From the NCBI GenBank assembly GCA_013166775.1, contig JABLTJ010000012.1, forward strand, positions 1 through 64,000: a DNA stretch of 64,000 nucleotides. Reading direction: 5' to 3'. A model generated the notes under the pieces. That model made no database searches. It saw only the letters and a program-made list of their open reading frames with translations, and was not told the DNA's origin. The position numbers and the translations under genes were made by a program. The DNA is from Promethearchaeati archaeon. Its GTDB lineage: Archaea > Asgardarchaeota > Heimdallarchaeia > Heimdallarchaeales > Heimdallarchaeaceae. Below, piece by piece: positions 8,687 to 18,231 of this stretch. Positions within the stretch are counted from its first letter, which is position 1, and each line of letters starts with the position of its first letter.

Positions 8687-10018
8687 TTAATGCCCTAAAC
8701 CTATTCCTCTATATCTTATTCCTTCTTCTCTCATTTTTTCATAATCATATTTTCTTCTACCATCTATGAGTATAGGAGATTTCATTTTCTCTAAGAAAAT
8801 TTCAATAGGGAGATGAGTATAGTCGCTCCATTCAGTTACAAGAACACAAGCATCTGCTTCAGTTAAGGCTTCATCTGCTGATGTAACAAATTCTAAATTC
8901 TTATGGTTTAACATTTTTTTAGCTTCTTCAATGGCTATCGGATCTGTAGCGACTACTCTAGCTCCTTCTTTAAGAAGTAAGTTAATTATGGGAATGGAAG
9001 GAGCTTCTCTCATATCATTTGTATTAGGTTTAAATGCCAATCCTAAGACTGCTATTCGTTTGTTTTTTAGTTTTTCTTCCCCTAGTTCTTCCTTTAGAAG
9101 CCTAATAGCTTCAAAAGGCTGAGCTTCATTTGTATCTAAAGCAGCTTGTAATAATTTTGAGGAAATCCCAAATTCTCTAGATTTATGTAATAAAGCTCTG
9201 ATATCTTTAGGAAAACAAGAACCACCCCACCCTATTCCAGCGTTCATGAATTTCTCTGATATTCTGTGATCCATCCCGACTGCTTCAGTAATTACAGAGA
9301 TGTCAGCTTCAAATTTTTCAGCTAGATTCGCCATTTCATTAAAGAAGGAAATTTTAGTTGCTAGAAACGTATTAGCAGCATACTTAATCATTTCAGCAGA
9401 AGTAGGGTCGACTATAACAAAAGGAGCGATGAATCCAGCATAGCATTGCATCATAATATCCTTAGTATTTTCATCTGAAACACCAATTACAACTCTATCT
9501 GGATAAAGGAAGTCATTTACAGCTACTCCCTCTCTTAAGAATTCAGGATTCATTCCTAGACCGAACCCAAATTGAACTTTTAATCCACTTTCTTGTTCTA
9601 TAATAGGACCGACATGATTAGTTGTTGTTCCTGGAATACATGTACTCTTTACAATAATCACTTTGAATTTTTGTTGTTTTTTGAGGATTCGACCTATGTT
9701 TTTTGCAGCTTCCTCAACATACTCATAATTCATTGAACCGTTAGGTAGAGAAGGAGTACCAACACAAATGAAGATGACGTCTGAATTTTTGATTACGTAG
9801 TCTACATCAGTTGTCGCTTCAAGCAACTTATTTTCTAAAGCTGATTGGAGCAAATCATCTAATCCTTCTTCAAAAATTGGAGAGAAACCTTTGTTTATAG
9901 AATCAATCTTTTCTGGAATTATATCTGCACATAGAACCTTATTCCCTTTACTAGCAAGACAAACACCAGTTACTAATCCAACGTAACCCGTACCTATAAT
10001 CCCAATATTCATTAACAT
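8687..10018 (-). CDS. UDP-glucose/GDP-mannose dehydrogenase family protein (paralog 2)
   Basis: GTGYVG, CADI, CVGTP, KSTCIPGT, NPEFLREG, GWGGSCFPKD, GLAFKPNTNDMREAPS; start may be ATG 10012. Confidence 0.93.
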   Translation of the reverse strand: MLMNIGIIGTGYVGLVTGVCLASKGNKVLCADIIPEKIDSINKGFSPIFEEGLDDLLQSALENKLLEATTDVDYVIKNSDVIFICVGTPSLPNGSMNYEYVEEAAKNIGRILKKQQKFKVIIVKSTCIPGTTTNHVGPIIEQESGLKVQFGFGLGMNPEFLREGVAVNDFLYPDRVVIGVSDENTKDIMMQCYAGFIAPFVIVDPTSAEMIKYAANTFLATKISFFNEMANLAEKFEADISVITEAVGMDHRISEKFMNAGIGWGGSCFPKDIRALLHKSREFGISSKLLQAALDTNEAQPFEAIRLLKEELGEEKLKNKRIAVLGLAFKPNTNDMREAPSIPIINLLLKEGARVVATDPIAIEEAKKMLNHKNLEFVTSADEALTEADACVLVTEWSDYTHLPIEIFLEKMKSPILIDGRRKYDYEKMREEGIRYRGIGLGH

Positions 10019-10110
10019 CCAGACTGCAAAAAGGAGTATATCAATTTTTGTTTATTATTTATTTTCGTGAACCCAAAACATTATTTTATAGTTAATATTA
10101 CAATCCTTCA

Positions 10111-11427
10111 ATGACAGTTTACAGATCGATAGCTGACACAGTACACAAATACATTGATGTCCCTGAAAAACTCTTTATAGATATTATAGATACTGGAGAA
10201 TTTCAGAGATTGAGACGAATAATTCAACTTGGTGGAGTCTCAATTTCATATCCTTCTGCCACACATAGTCGTTTTATGCATAGTCTGGGAGCAAGTCATG
10301 TAGCAAATGGGCTTGCATCAGAGTTAAATCAACGACACCCAGATATTCTCTCCAAAGACGATATAGCTTTAGTTAGCCTCACAGCATTAATTCATGATAT
10401 TGGTCATGGGCCTTTCAGTCACATGTTTGAGGATACAATTAGAATGCTCTGCAGAAATTCAGAAAATCCCAATTGTACTGAGAAATTCACAGCTTTTGAG
10501 AGACATGAGAATCTATCCGAACAGATAGTTTTAGATGGCATCTCAGAGATAGCAACAATTTTGGAAAAAGAGGGATATAATAGACATAGAATTGCGGATT
10601 TAATTCAAGGAAGAAGTGTTGAAGATAAACCCTTCTATAATCAAGTGATAAATTCTCAATTGGATGCAGATGCACTGGATTATTTGATGCGAGATTCAGT
10701 GGCCACAGGTGTCTCTTTTGGCATGTATAATCTTGAAAGATTGTTTGCTATGCTAGAACTTACACCTAAGGGATTAATTGTTATCAGAGAAAAAGGATTA
10801 CAATCAATTGAGCAGGTAGTTATTGCACTTTACATGCAATTCACAAGGGTCTATTTCCACAAAACTGTCAGATGTTGGGAGTATATGTTAAAACTATTCA
10901 TATCTCAAGTACTTCAAAAAATAGAAGAAAAAAATAAATTAGCTGTTTTACCATTCATACAGGACTTTGTTGATAAACCATATTGGAAATCACTAATGGG
11001 ACTTACCGATGATATCATTTATACACAGTTGCAATATTCAGCAACAAAAGAAGAAAACGATCCTTTCATTAGAAAATTAGCAAAGGATATCTTGCATAGA
11101 AACCTCTACAAGAGCATTCCTTTGACTGAGGAAATGGCACAGAATATAATCGAGAATGAGGATAAAATCAATTTCATTGTTAGAAAACATGGTTACCCCA
11201 CAGTGAGTTGGGAAGTTGATCAATTTATGAGTAGATACTATACTACTTTCGATGAAGAAGATAGATTTGCCATTATGTTGAAAATGAAAGATGGATCTCT
11301 TAAACAACTATCAGAAGTATCTGAGATTGTTGCAGGATTGACAAAGCCAAAATATAATAATCTATTAATTTTCCCTGCTCCATGTAGAGAAGATATAACT
11401 AAACTTGTAAAAGAATTTCTAATATAA
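10111..11427 (+). CDS. HD-domain phosphohydrolase, SAMHD1/dNTP triphosphohydrolase-like
   Basis: FQRLRRIIQLG, HSRFMHSLG, HDIGHGPFSH, DADALDYLMRD, VYFHKTVR. Confidence 0.88.
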   Translation: MTVYRSIADTVHKYIDVPEKLFIDIIDTGEFQRLRRIIQLGGVSISYPSATHSRFMHSLGASHVANGLASELNQRHPDILSKDDIALVSLTALIHDIGHGPFSHMFEDTIRMLCRNSENPNCTEKFTAFERHENLSEQIVLDGISEIATILEKEGYNRHRIADLIQGRSVEDKPFYNQVINSQLDADALDYLMRDSVATGVSFGMYNLERLFAMLELTPKGLIVIREKGLQSIEQVVIALYMQFTRVYFHKTVRCWEYMLKLFISQVLQKIEEKNKLAVLPFIQDFVDKPYWKSLMGLTDDIIYTQLQYSATKEENDPFIRKLAKDILHRNLYKSIPLTEEMAQNIIENEDKINFIVRKHGYPTVSWEVDQFMSRYYTTFDEEDRFAIMLKMKDGSLKQLSEVSEIVAGLTKPKYNNLLIFPAPCREDITKLVKEFLI

Positions 11428-11448
11428 AGAAAAAAAGAAAAGGAATGA

Positions 11449-14130
11449 TTAATACTGATTAGAGTAATTTGAATAAGCATCATCCTTTTTTTCAGGTTCG
11501 GATGGTTTAAATTCTGAAAGTCGAGGTTCAGGTGGTTTCTGTTCTGGAAGTTGAGGTTCAGGTGGTTTAGGAGCTGGAAAATCTGGAGGATCTGATTTAG
11601 CTTCAGAAGGGAGTTTTTCTGGCCTTAGAACATGTCCGCAGTTTTTACACAGTGCGAATTTCTTTTTAGTGGTTTCTCCACAATAATGGCATCTCACATA
11701 TCTTCCAATTATTAGAAGATTAAATTGCTTCCAAAGTAATGCCCACAAGATACCCAATGAACCGATAACCTGCACTGCAGTAGATTGTAATGCTTGTTCT
11801 ATCCAAGTATAAACTTTCTCAAGTGTTCTCAAGGGGATTACGTTTATTTCAAATACCTGTCTAAAGATAAAGTTCCCGAAATTAGTATCAGATACAGCAA
11901 CTATTAGAGTTGTATTTCCAGTCTTTAGATCAGCACTTTCAATAGTTAGGGATGCAGGAAGATCAAAATCCTCTTCAATCAACTCATCACCTAGAAATAT
12001 ATTAGCAGAAGGGTCTATAATACTAGCTGGTATTTGAGTTTTAACATCGATATACAGATTCAAATCACTGAGCTCCTTAATTTCAAGGGGGGAAGGATCA
12101 ATCTCTACAATTAGTGGATTCAGGTATATTGTAACTTCTTTAGATAGCTCTGTTGATAAGTAACCAATCTTTGATGCGTTTATTATTATAGGGATTCCTA
12201 TTTCTGATACCTCTTGAGGAACATTGATCCCATTTAAAATTTCTAATAGATCAATATTAATATCTACATTACCTGCATTATCTGTTTGCGTTGGAGGAAT
12301 AACAATGGGAGAAGGTAATCCTCCAAGATCTATACGAATTTCAACAGCAGCATTTTTAACACTTAGACCTTGCTCATCCACACATTTTATTGTAAATGAA
12401 ATTTCATTCTTTACTCCTTGAGTCACTGTAATATCTAATGGATCTGTTTCAATTCGTATTTCTTTATCGATATAGAAATAATAAGTAAAATCAGATATAG
12501 GGAGTAAAGCATGATAGAAATCTAGAGTAATTTCATGATTACCTCCGAGTTCGGATTGGAAGAACAATTGCTTCAGATAGTATGTTCTGTTACGGATTCC
12601 ATTCAAAGCTGTAGTCTTAATTTGAATATGAGTTGCATAAGACACATTTAGGTTTGATTGAGAGAAGATATTGTATTCGAAATTATATGGAAGTATTGAA
12701 GCACTACTCTGATAGATAGATGTTGTTTCAGCAAATTCTAGATACAAATCAAATGAGGTTAGTTGAAATAATGGTATATCATGTGGAGATACTAAGTATG
12801 TGAGTATTGGGAATAATTTTGTAAACATTGTAACTGCTTGAAAGTTTACCATGATTGGATTTTCATACAATACATCCCATTTATTAAAAATTATTGTACC
12901 TATCTCTGAAAAACCTGCTTCAAATGCAAGTGGAGCATCAAAAACCAAATCGATCAATGTAGAAAGTAAATCTAAATACCTAAACACAGAAGGCAGAATA
13001 TTAAAATCTTCAAATCTCTTTCTCTGGAATTCTATAACCTGTGATATAACCATACAGTTCTCATAAGTCAATGCATCAGGTGATAGAGTGAAAGCATTCA
13101 AGTCATATCTTGAATGTAGCAGATTAGTTGTTGTACTATAGAAGGCATCAAAAATAGTATTTTCTACTAAATCAGCAAGTCCATAGTATTCTAAGCTTGC
13201 AGTATTATTTGCTGCAATCCTTTTCTGATATGTACTATGCTGTAGAATGGCAGTACTCATGTACACATTTCCTTGTATATCAGCTTCGTTATCGGATGCA
13301 GCACCAGAACCAAGTGTTGTTTGAAATAGAGCACCAGAACCAAGAGCTGATCTATTACCGTTTGCGATATAGGTATCCACAGCTGTTTTTGTTTGAGAAT
13401 AAAATAGTGTGTTATCATTCAACAAATAATTCGCTATAGAGAATAAACCTGTCGCTTTTGCAGAAGCAAAAATTGAAGCTCCTTCAATCCAAAGAGTGAT
13501 TTCATCCAAAAATAGTGTACTATTTATTGTCCCAGTTGTTGGAAAATAGAAAATATCGAGTAGATTCGAAAAAGTTGTATTCGCTAAATTTCTATAAAGA
13601 GTCGTATCTGTATCACCATTAACTTGTAAAGCTTCAGCTAATCTAGCATATGCAATAACCAAAAGAAAATTATCTGCAGCATGAAGCTCGTATTGATTAG
13701 TTCCGGTATTTTTCCCTCTTATATATGATCCATTGACATCTAAGTAAAGATTTTGCAAATGAAACTTCGCTTCATTTATGAAAAAGGTTTCATTTGTTGT
13801 ATAGAAAAGATCAATATATCCCAGTGCCATTTGAATTCTTGACATGTCATGAAATCTAGAAGTTGGATTCGCTGTTGGTTTAAAATTATCCCAGGTGTGC
13901 CACTCTACTGATTTAGCATATTCAATAGAGGAACTTTCAATGAAAATCAAATCGTAATCTTGTCCCACAGGAGGTTGTCTTTTGATCATAGAAGAATCAA
14001 TTTCAGTTTGGTAAGAGGTACTCTTTTCACCTATTTCTATGATAGAATAAGCATTTTGTGAAGGAATACATGGCACCACTACCAAAGCCAATAAAATTAA
14101 ACTTAGAAAAAGTACTTTTTTAGAATGCAT
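11449..14130 (-). CDS. Large single-pass membrane protein: signal peptide, extracellular domains, TM helix, cytoplasmic double zinc ribbon and Pro-rich tail
   Basis: KKVLFLSLILLALVVVP signal; VIGSLGILWALLW TM; CHYCG...CKNCG; PPDFPAPKPPEP tail. Confidence 0.75.
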   Translation of the reverse strand: MHSKKVLFLSLILLALVVVPCIPSQNAYSIIEIGEKSTSYQTEIDSSMIKRQPPVGQDYDLIFIESSSIEYAKSVEWHTWDNFKPTANPTSRFHDMSRIQMALGYIDLFYTTNETFFINEAKFHLQNLYLDVNGSYIRGKNTGTNQYELHAADNFLLVIAYARLAEALQVNGDTDTTLYRNLANTTFSNLLDIFYFPTTGTINSTLFLDEITLWIEGASIFASAKATGLFSIANYLLNDNTLFYSQTKTAVDTYIANGNRSALGSGALFQTTLGSGAASDNEADIQGNVYMSTAILQHSTYQKRIAANNTASLEYYGLADLVENTIFDAFYSTTTNLLHSRYDLNAFTLSPDALTYENCMVISQVIEFQRKRFEDFNILPSVFRYLDLLSTLIDLVFDAPLAFEAGFSEIGTIIFNKWDVLYENPIMVNFQAVTMFTKLFPILTYLVSPHDIPLFQLTSFDLYLEFAETTSIYQSSASILPYNFEYNIFSQSNLNVSYATHIQIKTTALNGIRNRTYYLKQLFFQSELGGNHEITLDFYHALLPISDFTYYFYIDKEIRIETDPLDITVTQGVKNEISFTIKCVDEQGLSVKNAAVEIRIDLGGLPSPIVIPPTQTDNAGNVDINIDLLEILNGINVPQEVSEIGIPIIINASKIGYLSTELSKEVTIYLNPLIVEIDPSPLEIKELSDLNLYIDVKTQIPASIIDPSANIFLGDELIEEDFDLPASLTIESADLKTGNTTLIVAVSDTNFGNFIFRQVFEINVIPLRTLEKVYTWIEQALQSTAVQVIGSLGILWALLWKQFNLLIIGRYVRCHYCGETTKKKFALCKNCGHVLRPEKLPSEAKSDPPDFPAPKPPEPQLPEQKPPEPRLSEFKPSEPEKKDDAYSNYSNQY
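11491..11580 (-). repeat. Three imperfect 30-bp in-frame repeats encoding (L/F)xxxKP(P/S)EP units
   Basis: Units at 11491, 11521 and 11551 share AGGTTC-G-TGGTTT. Confidence 0.75.
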
Positions 14131-14217
14131 ATTGGAAAAAAGTAAGAAATGAAAAAAATGCTTCGTAATATTACAGTAACATTGGAGGCTATATTTAGAT
14201 ATACAATTTCTATTAGA

Positions 14218-14928
14218 TTATTGGAAGATTTCTATATACATTATACTTCTGGCAGTAAATAGATCCTGATCATCTTTGTCCTCGAGAGTAAAATATCTAA
14301 ATAAATCTGCAAGACTTATTAGAAGAAGAATTGGGTAGAGAGGAATTAAGAGTATGTAAAGAGCAATTGATTTTAGAATAAACATCATTTTATTTTCGAT
14401 TTTCGATGGAAGGGATTGAATGAAAATTATAGTAAATCGGTCATAAAATAGGAAGAGATTTGCAAAAAGAATAAATCCAATAACAATGTACACATATTGA
14501 ACATAGTCTACCAAAATGACTCCTTGTGAAAGAAGAATGAATAGAACAATCACTAGTGAACTATGTAAAATCTGTACTATACTGTAAAGCAATTTATTTT
14601 TCCAGTTGGAATAAAAATCTATTTTTGCTTGTTTTCTAGCTTCTTTTCGTTTAGCACCATCATCTTTTCTTTTAGGCACTAGAAGTACTATCCACAATAG
14701 ATTGAATAGGTAGGAGACTAAAACAACGAAAAATCCAGCAGCTATTAGAAAGAAAACAGTTTGATACCATATAGCTTGATCTACTTCCAATGGTCCATAG
14801 AAACCTCCAATAAAAGCTAATGGACCGAGTGCTAAACTTATAGCTAAGAATATTCGATGATTATACCATTTTCTGTTCAGTGCTTGGATTGCAGAGACTA
14901 TCTCTTCTTTTTGATTGTCTTCGATCAT
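14218..14928 (-). CDS. Multi-pass membrane protein, hypothetical
   Basis: About 5 hydrophobic segments. Confidence 0.7.
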   Translation of the reverse strand: MIEDNQKEEIVSAIQALNRKWYNHRIFLAISLALGPLAFIGGFYGPLEVDQAIWYQTVFFLIAAGFFVVLVSYLFNLLWIVLLVPKRKDDGAKRKEARKQAKIDFYSNWKNKLLYSIVQILHSSLVIVLFILLSQGVILVDYVQYVYIVIGFILFANLFLFYDRFTIIFIQSLPSKIENKMMFILKSIALYILLIPLYPILLLISLADLFRYFTLEDKDDQDLFTARSIMYIEIFQ

Positions 14929-15037
14929 TATTTCTTAGGATATTTGGTACGATAATAAATCTATCGACAAAACCAGAAAATCAATTCACAATGAGAGTTA
15001 AAATAATATATGGGAATACTAAAAATAATTTGGAAAA

Positions 15038-16084
15038 ATGGAAGTAGATGACAGAATTCATGGGATTTTAAATTTTAGTCAGCTGGAATTCTTCTGTAAA
15101 AGATTCAATATAGAACCTAAAGAACTTCATGCTAATTTTGATGGATGGAGGAAATTGATTTTATATACTGAAGATAAGGTTTTTCTTTTTCCCAGAGATC
15201 CTAGTGGTATTTTTTGGTTAGATATGGAAACGACAGCATATGAATTATTTAATGATTATCCAAATCTGCCTGTTCCTAGATTTCTCGAGAAAGTTGAGGA
15301 TGATAAAATAAGTTACTTTAACTTTACTGTTGCTTCAAGATTGACAGGAATCCCTTATTCAAAATTGGAAGATGATGTTAATTTTGAAATGCTTTCAAGG
15401 ATGCTTACCAATTTATCATCTGTTTTCACTTTATGGCATGAGATTCCTATACAGAAACTTCCTGAAAAAATCAAGCAAAGAATAGAACTGTTTGACGAAA
15501 ATCAATACAAATGGGAGATTCAGTTACTAAATCCAGATACAATGCCTGAAGCAATAGATTATGTTCACCAGAAATTTATAGAGTATATAGAAAAATATCA
15601 TAAAGATTTACTGAAAATTCTGAACTCACATCAGACAAAAAATATTTGGAATCAATGTTTGGAAGAGATAGTCTCTCTACCTCATACTCTAATTCATGCC
15701 GATATTCACGAAGATCAGATTCTTATTGAATCAAAAGATAATATGAGAATCACAGGAATTCTTGATTGGGAAACTGTAATGTGTGGAAATCCAGTCTGGG
15801 AATTTAATTTCTTTGAATGGGGTCTAAAAATCTGGAACTGGTGGAAATATTTCACTGAAATTAGGAGAAGTATGTGGAAAATTTACTTAGAAAAAAGAGG
15901 AATTGAATTAAGAACATTGGAAGGATTGGATCTTTTTTACACTCTCTCTGAATTCTTGATAATATTAAAGCCTGAAAAATCTTTGAGAAATTTAATTGGA
16001 AATGATTTCTCGAGCTCGCTAAAGTTATGTTTAGAAAAAGTAGTTAAAATAACAGAAAGGATAGCTTTTGAATTAAAAAAGTAA
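15038..16084 (+). CDS. Aminoglycoside phosphotransferase/choline kinase-like protein
   Basis: LPVPRF, IHADIHEDQIL (Brenner-like motif), ITGILDWE. Confidence 0.82.
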   Translation: MEVDDRIHGILNFSQLEFFCKRFNIEPKELHANFDGWRKLILYTEDKVFLFPRDPSGIFWLDMETTAYELFNDYPNLPVPRFLEKVEDDKISYFNFTVASRLTGIPYSKLEDDVNFEMLSRMLTNLSSVFTLWHEIPIQKLPEKIKQRIELFDENQYKWEIQLLNPDTMPEAIDYVHQKFIEYIEKYHKDLLKILNSHQTKNIWNQCLEEIVSLPHTLIHADIHEDQILIESKDNMRITGILDWETVMCGNPVWEFNFFEWGLKIWNWWKYFTEIRRSMWKIYLEKRGIELRTLEGLDLFYTLSEFLIILKPEKSLRNLIGNDFSSSLKLCLEKVVKITERIAFELKK

Positions 16085-16098
16085 TAAGAAAAGAGGTT

Positions 16099-18231
16099 TT
16101 AATCACCATGCATTTTCTTCTTTTCTTTCTTCTTCATATCTCCCAGTGTATGCATTGAGACTGTATCTGTTTCTTTACCATTTGCTATTTGTAACAATAT
16201 CATTTTTACTTCATTGGGAGCTTCTTTTCCAGTTCTTTCTTTAATCTGTTTTAGCATCGTTTTTATTTCTTTAGGAGATTTTCCTTTTGCATTCTCTTTG
16301 ATATGAGCTAACATTTCTGGGGACAATCCTCCAGTAGTCATATGTCCCATAGGAACCTTCATAGGTTGTATATGTTCTTCCTCAAGTTCTTCAGGTTCAA
16401 GTTCCTCTGGTTTAATATCAATTTCCTCCAAACCTTGATGAACATAATAAGTGTTGTAGAGATCGGCATAAATACCATCTTCTTTCATCAGCTCATCATG
16501 TGTCCCATTTTCCACCAGTTTCCCTTCTTCTAAAACAATTATTCTATCAGCGTCTTTTATTGTAGAAAGTCTATGAGCAATTACAAAAGTGGTTCGTCCT
16601 CTAAATAACTCTCTTTGAGCAGCTTGAATCAATGATTCTGTATATGCATCTAATCTACTAGTAGCTTCATCAAGAACTAGAATTCTAGGATCTGCAAGCA
16701 TCATTCGAGCAATTGTTATTATTTGTCTTTGTCCAGAGGATAGCTTTTTACCGCCTTCAACAATCATGGTGTCATATCCATTTGGCAAAGCATCAATGAA
16801 TTCATCAGCATTTATCTTCTTAGAGATTTGTTTGACATCTTTTTCTGTTGATTTTGGAGCTCCATACAAGATATTTTCCATGACAGAACCTGTAAATAGA
16901 AAAGGCTCTTGCGTAACTAAACCAATTGCGTTTCGCAAGGATGATTGTGTAACATCTCTAATATCTTGTGATCCAATTCTAATCTCACCTTCTTGAACGT
17001 CATAAAACCTTGTGAGAAGAGATGACATTAATGTTGTTTTACCTGCACCAGTATGACCGACGATTGCAATCATCTCACCAGGTTGTGCAAAAAAACTCAC
17101 ATCTTCTAAGACGTTTATGTTCTTCTCATACGCGAAGGTTAGATTTTCAAAATGAACACTATCATCATCTTCTTGTAAAGGTCTAGCAGAATCTGAATCT
17201 TCTACAGCAGATTTCGCTTCAAAAACATCGATTATTCTATCCATTGCTCCAAAAGCAGCTTCTAGTTGTGGGAAGACCATAGAAAGCATTACTATTGGAA
17301 ATAGAAATTGTTGAGACAGATTGACAGCAAGATAAATATCTCCTAAAGGAATTGTGGTGGTTTGATTAATCCACCCACTGAAATAAATTATCACTGTAAA
17401 TAGTAAATAGCTTAGAGAAGTCATCGTTGGCATAACGAACATCATTAACATACCGAATTGTTTAGAATATTTGTAATGTTGTTGATTCAATTCTCGGAGT
17501 TCAGTTGCTAGTTCCTCTTCCCTATTAAATGATTTTGCAACTGCGATTCCAGTAAGACCTTCTGCCATCTTGCCAGAAACAACACCAAACGCTCTTCTTA
17601 CTCTTAAGATAATTTTGCGTCCAAAGTAACTTAACACTCTACTCATCGCAAAAGCGATAGGAATAGCACAAAGAGAGATAAGAGCTATCATCCAATTTGT
17701 AAGAAGAAGAATTATGAATGATCCAATAATTAATAGCAAATGTGAAACGATACCTGTTGAGAGTTGAACACCTGTGGCCAATTCTCCAGTATCTGCGGTT
17801 ACTCTTGCTGTTATATTACCTGACTGTTCTCTCTTTAAGTAAGCCATATCTGAATAGCTTAATTTGTGATAAACATCTGCCCTGACCTCATGCAACATTT
17901 TTGAATTCATTTTAGCCATTATTCTAGTAGAAAATGAACTTATTATCCACCCTGTAATAGTAAGAGCGAAAAAGATTATAGATAATGGTAAGAGAGACAT
18001 GAAATTCACCTCTCCTCCTTGAATAGCGTTTAGACCATGTCTAATTATAAGAGGATTAATTAAAGCTGTAACTGAATAGAGAATGGAAAGCAAACCTACA
18101 ACTATTATTGTCCATATGTACTTCTGAAGATACACCCATAAATTACTGACCAAGATTTTAGTTGATCGAGCTCTCTCGTATTTTTCAAGTCCTAATGCTC
18201 TTCCAGGACCTCTTCTTTGACCGTGTGCCAT
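16099..18231 (-). CDS. ABC exporter half-transporter (TMD+NBD), consensus-site subunit, with charged Met/Lys-rich C-terminal extension
   Basis: GHTGAGKTT, LSSGQRQ, LVLDEATS, IAHRLST. Confidence 0.92.
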   Translation of the reverse strand: MAHGQRRGPGRALGLEKYERARSTKILVSNLWVYLQKYIWTIIVVGLLSILYSVTALINPLIIRHGLNAIQGGEVNFMSLLPLSIIFFALTITGWIISSFSTRIMAKMNSKMLHEVRADVYHKLSYSDMAYLKREQSGNITARVTADTGELATGVQLSTGIVSHLLLIIGSFIILLLTNWMIALISLCAIPIAFAMSRVLSYFGRKIILRVRRAFGVVSGKMAEGLTGIAVAKSFNREEELATELRELNQQHYKYSKQFGMLMMFVMPTMTSLSYLLFTVIIYFSGWINQTTTIPLGDIYLAVNLSQQFLFPIVMLSMVFPQLEAAFGAMDRIIDVFEAKSAVEDSDSARPLQEDDDSVHFENLTFAYEKNINVLEDVSFFAQPGEMIAIVGHTGAGKTTLMSSLLTRFYDVQEGEIRIGSQDIRDVTQSSLRNAIGLVTQEPFLFTGSVMENILYGAPKSTEKDVKQISKKINADEFIDALPNGYDTMIVEGGKKLSSGQRQIITIARMMLADPRILVLDEATSRLDAYTESLIQAAQRELFRGRTTFVIAHRLSTIKDADRIIVLEEGKLVENGTHDELMKEDGIYADLYNTYYVHQGLEEIDIKPEELEPEELEEEHIQPMKVPMGHMTTGGLSPEMLAHIKENAKGKSPKEIKTMLKQIKERTGKEAPNEVKMILLQIANGKETDTVSMHTLGDMKKKEKKKMHGD

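Noticed and set aside
15038-16084. Antibiotic resistance gene
   Set aside because: Only APH/kinase-fold motifs are visible; substrate cannot be inferred and there is no mobile context
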